DNA of 64,000 nucleotides, taken from assembly GCA_963663095.2 (NCBI GenBank), contig CAXXJB010000001.1:1596417-1660416 (forward strand). Reading direction: 5' to 3'. Source of the DNA: Arenicellales bacterium. GTDB taxonomy: Bacteria > Pseudomonadota > Gammaproteobacteria > Arenicellales > JAJDZL01. Position numbers and translations under genes: made by a program. Below, one piece after another: positions 51,860 to 60,384 of the stretch; position 1 is the first letter of the stretch; each line of letters starts with the position of its first letter. The notes under the pieces are model-generated. The model saw only the letters and a list, made by a program, of their open reading frames with translations, did no database searches and was not told where the DNA came from.

Positions 51860-53591
51860 GAGCAACTATCTCGCAGATGGCATATCGGTCTTATGGTATG
51901 GACTGCTTTTTGGATTGGCGGGTCGGCTTCGCCATCCCCAGTATGCAGTGAAAGGTCGGGATCTGTGGCAGGGTTTGGACCTCTATTTTCACGCGATGGG
52001 TGGTGACCTCCAGTGCAAGGCGAGCTCTGGTGCCCAACTGAACCCCGCGGTTCAGATGACCGCGCACGGGGGAGTTGATCTGCAGGCATGGTCCGAACCG
52101 GGCATACTGCATCTGCCGACGCGAATCAACCGTTATCCTGACCGTGAACTCAATCGTGATCTTTACTATTGGCTGGCAGCTGTACTTGCGTTCAGCGAAT
52201 TTTGTCCGGGAACCGAAGTACTGCCACCGGGTGTGCGCCATTTTTTGCAGGGTGCCGCCACGACCAAACGGCTGCTGACCGCCTTTCCAAGTCTGAAACA
52301 ACGATATCGCAGACTTTGCGAGCAGGAACTTGAGTTACGTAGGGCTGCCTACCCTGACCCCACAGAAAAGACACGAAATCCGTCGCTGGTACTTGAGACT
52401 GCCATTCGACGGGAGCTCGGTGCCGATATCAGCCATGTACATGACTCACTGACCGAGATGATCAAGCAGGCGAAATCGGATCGGACGGTTGCTCCGGATT
52501 CGAATTGGGTGGGTAAAACTGTTCCCTTCCTACCGGTGCCACTGTGGAGCTACCGGACAGCCCATGTTGAAAAATTCAGACTGCCACTGTTGAGAGCTAC
52601 GAGGAAAAAACGCGAAGACGCGTCGGAACAACCACAGAAAAAGGCTGTTTTTGATCTTGAAAATACCCCGGAACCGAAGTCGGGCCTTGCTGCGATTCGT
52701 GACCACTACACCTACCCTGAGTGGAACTGTCTGACCCATACCTATATGAGAGACTGGTGCAGGCTGATCGAGCAAAAGCCGAAAGGAGGGTATCACGCCG
52801 AGCTGGATTCCCAATTTACCGAACTGGTCCACCGTGTACGCAGACGATTTTCGCTGTTGCGTCAGGAGTCACAATGGAACCGTTTTCTTGAGGATGGAGA
52901 GGAGCTCGATATCGATACCTACGTGACCTGCGCGGCTGACAGAATCGGATGTGGGATGCTTGAGTCGACCTACTACCGACAGAAAGTGCATCAGTATCGG
53001 GATATTTCAGTCATAGTCCTGATGGATGCCTCGCGCTCAACAGAAGCCTGGGTTGGCGGCAGCCGGGTGATTGATGTAGCCAAGCAATCCATGGCAGTGC
53101 TGGCACAGGTTCTGGATTCGGTTGCTGACGATTTTGCGCTTTATGCATTTTCAAGTGACAGCCGACTACGGGTTCGCTGTGATCGAATCAAGACTTTTGA
53201 GGACGCGTACGATGAGACGATTCGGCGCAATCTATTGGAAGTCAAACCGCAGAACTACACCAGAATGGGACCAGTGATCAGACATCTCGGCGCCAAGTTG
53301 AATGCTCGAAAGTCAAGACAAAAACTTCTCGTTGTCCTGAGTGATGGAAAACCACATGATCCGACTGATCAGTACGAGGGGCGGTACGCACTGGAAGACA
53401 CGCGTAAAGCCTTGATGGAGCAAAGGTCCAAAAGTGTGATGTGTTTCGGCTTGACGATCGACCAATCCGGCCCGCGCTATCTGAGTCATCTGTTCGGTCC
53501 CGGGCACTATGCGGTATATTCGCATTTGCATTCTTTGCCCGATGTGCTGCCAGGGCTGTATGCACGGCTGACTGACTTGAGACTTCAGTGA
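51837..53591 (+). CDS. NorD/CbbO-type von Willebrand factor A domain protein
   Basis: C-terminal VWA domain with a MIDAS motif: VLMDASRSTE (DxSxS) ... LLVVLSDGKPHD. It overlaps the AAA+ gene by 23 nt. Confidence 0.8.
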   Translation: MRMPTSLRSNYLADGISVLWYGLLFGLAGRLRHPQYAVKGRDLWQGLDLYFHAMGGDLQCKASSGAQLNPAVQMTAHGGVDLQAWSEPGILHLPTRINRYPDRELNRDLYYWLAAVLAFSEFCPGTEVLPPGVRHFLQGAATTKRLLTAFPSLKQRYRRLCEQELELRRAAYPDPTEKTRNPSLVLETAIRRELGADISHVHDSLTEMIKQAKSDRTVAPDSNWVGKTVPFLPVPLWSYRTAHVEKFRLPLLRATRKKREDASEQPQKKAVFDLENTPEPKSGLAAIRDHYTYPEWNCLTHTYMRDWCRLIEQKPKGGYHAELDSQFTELVHRVRRRFSLLRQESQWNRFLEDGEELDIDTYVTCAADRIGCGMLESTYYRQKVHQYRDISVIVLMDASRSTEAWVGGSRVIDVAKQSMAVLAQVLDSVADDFALYAFSSDSRLRVRCDRIKTFEDAYDETIRRNLLEVKPQNYTRMGPVIRHLGAKLNARKSRQKLLVVLSDGKPHDPTDQYEGRYALEDTRKALMEQRSKSVMCFGLTIDQSGPRYLSHLFGPGHYAVYSHLHSLPDVLPGLYARLTDLRLQ

Positions 53592-53699
53592 ATACTTCGG
53601 TTGCACCATGCAATTCAGAGTTATTTCTGCGATGCCGTCAGCGACTTATAATTGGGTTTGAAAAATAGTGATTCTTATCACCATAAGCGTTATTGACTC

Positions 53700-54935
53700 A
53701 TGCGAAAATTGATCAGGGGAGCAGGGACTGAAGTGACGAATAGCCTGAAACGAATAATCTTTTTTCTGACTGTATTCCTGGCGTTGGTCTTCGCGCCGTT
53801 TCAACTATCGCAGGCAGAAGGAATTGTCATGCTGGTCGGTGATGTGTTGCCGTTGAAAAATCAGGTTGTTTGGCGCAATCTAGTCAAGATGGCCGAAAGA
53901 AAATCCGGCGAAAATGTGATTATTGCAGCCGCACACTCCCGCTCAAAACTTTATGGCGGATTCGCTCAGCGCGCGTTTCAGCGCTATGGTGAGTCATCAA
54001 AACTGCTGCCGGTCGCCGAAGTGTTTCAGGAATTCTCAACGGATTATCGTTTTGCTGGCGAGGACAGAACACTGACGGACCAAGTTCGGGCTTCAAGTTC
54101 GGTATTCTTTGTGGGCGGTCTGCCTCAGCGGTTGTCGAAGATAATGTTTACGGGCGAGGACGGCACACCAAGTGATCTCGCTTCAGCTGTGCAGGAAGCG
54201 CACGCATCCGGCAGTATGATCATCGGTGGCATCCCAGGTGCGACCGTTCTGTCAACTGAGGTGGATCCAATTGAGGCTCTGACTCAGGGCCGAATCGGTT
54301 CCGAATATCTGTTCGATGGATTGAATCTGATCGGACCGAATTGGTTTGTGGATCAACATTACTTCGGTAATGGAAGATTTGCAACCGGGCTTGTTGCCAT
54401 GCATCAGCTCGATATCAAGTTTGGGATCGGAATTGGACTGGATACGGCAGCGGTTGTTCACAGCGACATCGTCGAGGTGATTGGGAACCGCGGCGTTACG
54501 ATCATCGATTTGTCAGGTGCAGACTTCGGCCAAACAAAAGATGGTGTCATCATTCGAGGTGTTCGGTTCAGCTATCTTGAAAACGGCGATCGATTTGAAA
54601 TGCAGAACATGGTCACGATACCCTATCAGGAGAAACTGAACGGTTTCGAGCTTGTACCACATGCAGTCGCCAGTGAGAAACCTGCAGATGATCGTTTCAT
54701 CTCGTCACAGGAAATTTTTGCGCGCGGTGAAATCGTTCGGCTGATGGTTGAGGCGCTTGAGGCAAAATCCGGGCAGTCACAGGGTTATGCCCTGCATCAC
54801 GATAGTCGCGATGGATTTCATTTTCGATTCTATACTGGACCGGATAGCAGGGGATGGTGGGCGACCGACGATAGCGGGGACCATTACACGCTTGAAAATA
54901 TCTATCTTGATATAAAGCCGCTGAATCAAGACTGA
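53700..54935 (+). CDS. secreted cyanophycinase-like (peptidase S51 / class-I amidotransferase-like fold) protein, possibly non-catalytic
   Basis: Signal-like N-terminus ([21 protein letters not shown]). The pattern ...VIIAAAHS...[11 protein letters not shown]...[15 protein letters not shown] resembles cyanophycinase (..FftGGdQ.rl...GTSAGA..), but without the Ser of GxSxG. Assignment from memory of the family pattern only. Confidence 0.4.
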   Translation: MRKLIRGAGTEVTNSLKRIIFFLTVFLALVFAPFQLSQAEGIVMLVGDVLPLKNQVVWRNLVKMAERKSGENVIIAAAHSRSKLYGGFAQRAFQRYGESSKLLPVAEVFQEFSTDYRFAGEDRTLTDQVRASSSVFFVGGLPQRLSKIMFTGEDGTPSDLASAVQEAHASGSMIIGGIPGATVLSTEVDPIEALTQGRIGSEYLFDGLNLIGPNWFVDQHYFGNGRFATGLVAMHQLDIKFGIGIGLDTAAVVHSDIVEVIGNRGVTIIDLSGADFGQTKDGVIIRGVRFSYLENGDRFEMQNMVTIPYQEKLNGFELVPHAVASEKPADDRFISSQEIFARGEIVRLMVEALEAKSGQSQGYALHHDSRDGFHFRFYTGPDSRGWWATDDSGDHYTLENIYLDIKPLNQD

Positions 54936-54961
54936 TCTGCGGTCCTGATGGAGAAACTGAA

Positions 54962-55573
54962 ATGGGTGAACATAAACACGCACATCCGCCGACGCAGATG
55001 GAGATCAGGGTGAAGGCACTGGAGTCGCTTCTGATCGAGAAGGGACTTGTCGACCCACTGGCGCTCGACGAGTTGGTTGATGTATACGAGCATCGGGTTG
55101 GGCCGCAGAACGGTGCGAAAGTTGTTGCCAGGGCCTGGTGTGATCCTGCTTATCGAGCCAGGCTGCTTGAGGATGCCACGACGGCAATTGCCGAATTTGG
55201 ATTTGAAGGGCGTCAGGGCGAGGACATGATTGTACTTGAAAATACACCGACAGTTCACAACATGGTGGTTTGTACACTCTGTTCATGTTATCCATGGCCG
55301 GTACTCGGGTTGCCGCCGGTTTGGTATAAGTCGCCACCGTACAGGGCGAGGGCGGTATCCGAACCGAGAAGTGTTCTCAAGGAATTCGGTGTCCAATTGG
55401 AAAAGCACGTCGAGGTTCGGGTCTGGGACAGTACTGCAGAAGTGCGCTACCTGGTGATTCCGATGAGACCGAAAGGAACCGAGAATCTCAGCGAAGTTCA
55501 ATTGGCCAGTCTTGTTACTCGGGACTCCATGATCGGTACAGGAATTGTCAAACCTCCGGAGTCAGCCCGGTGA
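54962..55573 (+). CDS. nthA: nitrile hydratase alpha subunit, cobalt type
   Basis: Metal-binding claw [23 protein letters not shown] (Thr in C-T-L-C-S-C indicates Co-type) and a 203-aa body typical of NHase alpha. Confidence 0.9.
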   Translation: MGEHKHAHPPTQMEIRVKALESLLIEKGLVDPLALDELVDVYEHRVGPQNGAKVVARAWCDPAYRARLLEDATTAIAEFGFEGRQGEDMIVLENTPTVHNMVVCTLCSCYPWPVLGLPPVWYKSPPYRARAVSEPRSVLKEFGVQLEKHVEVRVWDSTAEVRYLVIPMRPKGTENLSEVQLASLVTRDSMIGTGIVKPPESAR

Positions 55574-55887
55574 AAGGTGCGCACGATCTCGGCGGTAAGT
55601 CGGGTTTCGGACCTATCAATCCCGAACAGGATGAACCTGTGTTTCATCACGACTGGGAGAAAAGAGCGTTTGCGCTGACGCTTGCGGCCGGATTCTTGGG
55701 GAAGTGGAATCTGGACATGTCGCGTTATGCCCGCGAACGAATGGATGACGACGATTATCTTGCTTCGGGTTATTACGAAAAGTGGATACACGGTCTTCAA
55801 ACCTTGCTTGTGGAAATGGGTATTTTGACCCAGGAAGAGATTGAACAGCGTATGCGCCAAATCGCCTCGGATGGAGAACTCGATTGA
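55570..55887 (+). CDS. nthB: nitrile hydratase beta subunit, N-terminal half as a separate ORF
   Basis: [38 protein letters not shown]...YYEKWIHGL. The GTG overlaps the alpha stop (GTGA). Confidence 0.8.
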   Translation: MKGAHDLGGKSGFGPINPEQDEPVFHHDWEKRAFALTLAAGFLGKWNLDMSRYARERMDDDDYLASGYYEKWIHGLQTLLVEMGILTQEEIEQRMRQIASDGELD

Positions 55888-56234
55888 CCATGTTGAAGGG
55901 AGAGGATGTATGGGACACGCTCCATCGGGGTAACAGCGCTCGAATGCCGGCGCGGTCTGCGGGCAAGTTCGCACCGGGCAGCCGGGTGAGAGCCAAAAGC
56001 ATGAATCATCCGGGTCACATACGTCTACCGGAATTTGTGCAGGGACGCGAGGGTGTTGTCGCGTCCGATCAGGGAACATTCATTTTTCCGGACGAACATG
56101 CCAGTGGCAGCAGGTGCTCACAACGGCTGTACAGCGTTCGATTTGAAGGCGATGAGTTGTGGGGAGGTGAGTCCTCACAGTCACCGACTGCAGTTTTTGT
56201 GGATCTTTTCGAGTCCTATCTGGAGGTGGTATGA
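55884..56234 (+). CDS. nthB: nitrile hydratase beta subunit, C-terminal half as a separate ORF
   Basis: ...FAPGSRVRAKSMNHPGHIRLPEFVQGREGVV...LYSVRFEGDELWG...VFVDLFESYLE. The TTG at 55884 is preceded by GGAG at ~7 nt and overlaps the preceding TGA. The frame differs from the N-terminal half. Confidence 0.8.
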   Translation: MTMLKGEDVWDTLHRGNSARMPARSAGKFAPGSRVRAKSMNHPGHIRLPEFVQGREGVVASDQGTFIFPDEHASGSRCSQRLYSVRFEGDELWGGESSQSPTAVFVDLFESYLEVV

Positions 56235-56545
56235 GTACACGGACAGAAAATCTGCAGCAGTTTTTTCAAGATGGAGAAGAACCGATTTTTGAAGAGCCGT
56301 GGATGGCACGTGCATTTGCACTCACTGTAAAGCTTCATCAGCAAGGTGTTTTTTCCTGGTCGCAGTGGAGTGAGTACCTGGCTGACGCCATCAATGCGAA
56401 GGCGGGGGATGATGGTGACGGCTACTATGAAATTTGGTTGCAGGCTCTGGAAAACCTGCTACGTGATGAGAAGGTAGTAGATTCGACAGATTACATGCAG
56501 GAAATAAGACGAATACAGAATATTGTCGCCACACCGGACTACTGA
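56231..56545 (+). CDS. nitrile hydratase accessory (activator) protein
   Basis: 104 aa with beta-subunit-like EPIFEEPWMARAFALTVKLHQQGVFSWSQWSEYL...YYEIWLQALENLL. ATGA overlap with the preceding gene, and GGAGG SD. Confidence 0.75.
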   Translation: MSTRTENLQQFFQDGEEPIFEEPWMARAFALTVKLHQQGVFSWSQWSEYLADAINAKAGDDGDGYYEIWLQALENLLRDEKVVDSTDYMQEIRRIQNIVATPDY

Positions 56546-56676
56546 CCCGCTTCAAGGATCTGAAAACCGGTGCCAGTTCGAGAATTGTCTGTCTTTCAAC
56601 TGTATGACACTGTACAGAAGACTTGAAGCGAGCAGTTACACTACTCCATCGCTCCATTCAATCCACTAAGGAACCT

Positions 56677-57492
56677 ATGCATTCTTTTCTCGCACAAGGA
56701 CAATTGAAGCTGAAATGCCTGTATGTCATCGCGTTTCTGTCTGTTTTTCAAGTTGTCAGCGCGGACAGTGAGATTCCTCGTGTTCGCATTCTCGATCAGA
56801 TTCTAGAGGTTCCCTCGAGATCTGAACCTGAAATCCTGGCGAGCCAGATTCTGATCAGGCAAGGGAGCGATGGATTCCGACTTCCTGAACAATTCCAGCA
56901 ACTTTCCACCGAAATTCAGTTCGTTCTGCAACTCGTGCGAGAATCCAATCCTTCCATAGCCGATGTATCTGTTACCGAAGCCTATTCTCCCGGTGCTGTA
57001 ATCGTCACGCCTCAGCCAGGATTTCTCAAGCGCGTTCAGTCAATGGTCGGAGGTGAAGCCGAATCAGTTCCGTTTTCTTCAGGCAGCTGGAGATTCGATC
57101 GGTTCAACACGAAATTCGGACTATACGCGGTAAATATTTATCCGCAACTTAATGTGATGATTCTGTACTACGACCCCGGGATCAATCCTCAGTTTTTCTC
57201 GTTTCTACTCGCCTCTCGTTTCAGTGATCAAATCAAGTCTGCTGAGCCCGACTATTATCTGGGAGATAGGTCCAATATCAGAATCAGCAAATCTGGCGAA
57301 AACTGGTACGTCTTGGTCAGACGGGCCTGGGGTGATTGTCCTTCCGGTTGTATTAATCAAGAACTGAATTTCTTTATGATTAATGAAAACCACGTAAGGT
57401 CAATTCCATTCGAAGAAGCCCAGACGCGCAGTGAATTTGTCAAGCTGATGGATTCACTTCGCCCCTTGGATCAGTCAAATCATCTACTCTGA
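56677..57492 (+). CDS. hypothetical secreted protein
   Basis: The ATG at 56677 is preceded by AAGGAA. Signal-like LKCLYVIAFLSVFQVVSA. No recognisable domain. Confidence 0.5.
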   Translation: MHSFLAQGQLKLKCLYVIAFLSVFQVVSADSEIPRVRILDQILEVPSRSEPEILASQILIRQGSDGFRLPEQFQQLSTEIQFVLQLVRESNPSIADVSVTEAYSPGAVIVTPQPGFLKRVQSMVGGEAESVPFSSGSWRFDRFNTKFGLYAVNIYPQLNVMILYYDPGINPQFFSFLLASRFSDQIKSAEPDYYLGDRSNIRISKSGENWYVLVRRAWGDCPSGCINQELNFFMINENHVRSIPFEEAQTRSEFVKLMDSLRPLDQSNHLL

Positions 57493-57652
57493 GTTTCGTT
57501 TGAGTTAGATTCGGAGAAGTCGGGAACGTATTTCAACACGAACTTTTCGAGATGTACAATCCAATCAGCAAAAATGTTGATACCGAACTAAAATCACGAT
57601 GAGGTCAGAGTGCATACTTGCAAGAATTTGGCACAATTCACGTCTTTACAAA

Positions 57653-58529
57653 GGGTATAATGTATTATAGTTGACAAACTTGGCATTTTAGAATATACTT
57701 TCCAGCAGTGAAATTTCAATCATATCTGAAATGAGTAAACGAAAGGATGAACGAAAACGGGTCAGTCTGTACGAGTTCATGAATCGTTTTGACACTGAAA
57801 TCGCAGCGATGCGATACATTGAGTCACTGCGTTGGGAAGACGGTCGCGTGTGTCCGAGGTGCGAATCGAAACAGACCCGTCAAGCCAGTCACAAGACTAT
57901 GCCATACTGGTGCAAATCGTGCCGCAAATACTTCAGCGTCAAGACTGGCACGCTCATGGAAGGCAGCAACCTTGAATACAAACAGTGGATGATGGCGATT
58001 TACCTGCTGTCGATTTCGCTCAAGGGTGTGTCAAGTTACAAGCTTGGAAACGACATTGGCATGCAGCAAAGATCGGCATGGTTTTTGAATCACCGTATCA
58101 GAACCGCCTGGGCGAACAACGCATCAAAGCTTTTCGGCTGTGAAGTGGAGGTCAACGAAACTTATCTGGGCGGCAAAGAAAAGAACAAGCATCGAGGTCG
58201 GAAATTGAACGCCGGGCGGGGAACTGTCGGTAAAACTGCGGTGGTTGGCATTAAGGAATGCGCCGGCAAACGGCTCAAACACGCTGATCTGATCGATGGA
58301 CTGGATGGCAGGATTCACTGAGTGGCGTTGAATCTTGTCAAAGCAACCTCGAAAGCCGACTCCGCCGGGCGATGTTCCGCCCATGACCGACTTCGAATTT
58401 GACGATGTCGTATCCATTCTGATGGGCGTCAAACCGAAGTCCCTGCGAAAACCGGGAAAGAAGAAATCTTCTACAAAATCGGAAAAATCAGACTGATTTT
58501 TCAAGTGTCAAATTTAATACATTATTCCC
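57653..58529 (+). mobile_element. IS1595-family insertion sequence relic (internally deleted) with imperfect terminal inverted repeats
   Basis: IRL GGGTATAATGTATTATAGTTGACAA (57653-57677) matches the reverse complement of IRR (58505-58529), GGGAATAATGTATTAAATTTGACAC, at 21 of 25 positions. The repeats enclose the truncated transposase. No clear target-site duplication found. Confidence 0.7.
57731..58321 (+). pseudogene. truncated IS1595-family (ISXO2-like) transposase
   Basis: N-terminal zinc ribbon (CPRCES...CKSCRKYF) and wHTH, then the start of the DDE domain with VEVNETYLGGKEKNKH (Asn where the family has the first catalytic Asp in E.DETY.GG). The frame ends after ~40 more residues. A C-terminal-like fragment (MTDFEFDDVVSILMGVKPKSLRKPGKKK...) lies in another frame at about 58385-58496. 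Confidence 0.75.
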
Positions 58530-58538
58530 AAATTTTAA

Positions 58539-59597
58539 TTGCAAAAGAATCGGTACACTACTATGTCATTTGATCCTTCGCGAGATTATCAGATTACCCC
58601 GACCACAATAAAGATAAAGGATTTCCATGACTATGCCGAAGAGTACGTCATTCGGCCTCCTTATCAGCGCAAGTCCGTCTGGTCCGTCAAAAAACAGCAA
58701 AGTCTCCTCGATAGCATTGTTCGTGGGTACTATGTGCCGAAACTTGTACTCAGAAAAGTGAGGCTAACATCCGAAACGACGCTCCGTGAGGTTGTTGACG
58801 GCCAGCAGCGAATCACAACGATTCAGCAATTTTATTCTAACGATCTACGCCTTCCCAAGTCTTTAATCTCTATACATCCAGAGCTTCCAGGTAAATCTTA
58901 CTCCGAGCTTCCCACGGACCTGAAGAGATATATCGACCGACAAGATTTTCATGTAGACATAATTGAAAACATAGAAGACCCACGGAACTCCGAGCACCAA
59001 AGACTTGCGACGGAAATTTTTTGGCGACTGCAGCAGGGCGAAAGCCTTAACCAGATGGAAATCGCCCATGCTCGACTGAATTCTCTGGGGCGCAACTTCA
59101 TCGTGAAATACGAAGACGATATTACGTTTGACTTCGATACTTATCAGCCGATCGATAGAAATTCTCACAAGCATAAGTTTTTCCGAATCCTGGACCGACC
59201 CAATGATCGCATGCAGCATCTCTCCCTGCTGGCACGGATGATTCTTCTAGTAGCCAATGGCCCGACTGATTTGAAGGACAGTGCAATAGTTGACTGGATT
59301 GACAAGACCACAGAAAAAGATGGAATCGGAAGACACTGCTTTGAAAATCAAAAAGAAGCGAGAGAAACGCTCAATAATCTCAGTTTTATTGCTAATCTTT
59401 TTTCGAATGATCCCATGACCCAGAACGGCGGTACCGTTAAGGAACTCAAACCTGACTATGTTGTACTTAGCCTCTTTTTATTAGTACGACACGTTAAGAA
59501 ATACTACGTGATCAACGAGATTGAAAAAATCTACTGTGGAAATTCTATGTTTCGTTTCACGAAAGATTTCGCGGGGATGATTTGTCTGATTCGCTAA
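58539..59597 (+). CDS. DUF262 (ParB-like NTPase/nuclease) domain protein, GmrSD-like N-terminal module
   Basis: YVIRPPYQRKSVWSVKKQQSLLDSIVRGYYVPKLVL...VVDGQQRITT. The likely start is the ATG at 58563 (MSFDPS...). Confidence 0.85.
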   Translation: MQKNRYTTMSFDPSRDYQITPTTIKIKDFHDYAEEYVIRPPYQRKSVWSVKKQQSLLDSIVRGYYVPKLVLRKVRLTSETTLREVVDGQQRITTIQQFYSNDLRLPKSLISIHPELPGKSYSELPTDLKRYIDRQDFHVDIIENIEDPRNSEHQRLATEIFWRLQQGESLNQMEIAHARLNSLGRNFIVKYEDDITFDFDTYQPIDRNSHKHKFFRILDRPNDRMQHLSLLARMILLVANGPTDLKDSAIVDWIDKTTEKDGIGRHCFENQKEARETLNNLSFIANLFSNDPMTQNGGTVKELKPDYVVLSLFLLVRHVKKYYVINEIEKIYCGNSMFRFTKDFAGMICLIR

Positions 59598-59941
59598 TGG
59601 TTCAGTTCCGCGAGAACCGACAGCATAGTGCGGCCGAGGTGCGAATGCGGGAACTGATTATTCGACAGGCGTTCTTTGAATATGCATCCAACGATGGATA
59701 CGATTTAAAGCAAAAGGATACTCAACGCGCATTTGATGAAAGTCAAAGAATTGCAATTTACCGGCGCGACCGTGGGATGTGTCAACAGTGCCTTGCCGAC
59801 GGATATGGAGATAAGGCGTCCACCGTGCTTTGGTCTGAATACGAAGCTGATCACATTCTAGCGTATAGCCACGGTGGTGAAACCGATTTAACAAATGCTC
59901 AACTACTATGCAAGCGGCACAATCGCCAAAAAGGCGCATGA
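59582..59941 (+). CDS. HNH endonuclease domain protein (partner or detached C-terminus of the DUF262 protein)
   Basis: CQQCLADG...YEADHILAYSHGGETDLTNAQLLCKRHNRQKG. The ATG at 59597 overlaps the DUF262 stop (TAATG). This frame is already open from 59525. Confidence 0.8.
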   Translation: MSDSLMVQFRENRQHSAAEVRMRELIIRQAFFEYASNDGYDLKQKDTQRAFDESQRIAIYRRDRGMCQQCLADGYGDKASTVLWSEYEADHILAYSHGGETDLTNAQLLCKRHNRQKGA

Positions 59942-60384
59942 TCTTTGCCCTTTGGTACAGGAAGCCACGGAAACAGTACTGCCAGAACTCGGGTCGGATG
60001 GCGGCCCACAGGATCATCAATGATCAGAGCAGTTCGCGGCCGACACCAACGGCGGCAATCGATGCTTGAGTCATATAAACCTTAGCACTTGAAAGTCTGT
60101 TTGTAGAATTTACCCTCAGAAAGCTACCCTACTCAATATGGCATCACCGACTCGTATACATGAATGAAAGCCAACCCAGACTCACCATACTTCTCTTCTT
60201 TACTCTTCCAAGAATGCGTCAATCGACGTATCTTGCCGTCTGTCATTTATTTCGTCCCCATGGCGCTGTTGCAACTCGACAAAATTCCATTGTCATACCT
60301 TGTCCTGGCACGCTGGCTGAGATTCACCTACCTCAACTCAAACAAATGTCCAGACATCTGGGCATTCAGAACTGAGAAAATCAA

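Noticed and set aside
55498-56079. 193-aa minus-strand ORF across the nitrile hydratase beta region
   Set aside because: It is antisense to ORFs with clear NHase beta motifs and has no motif of its own.
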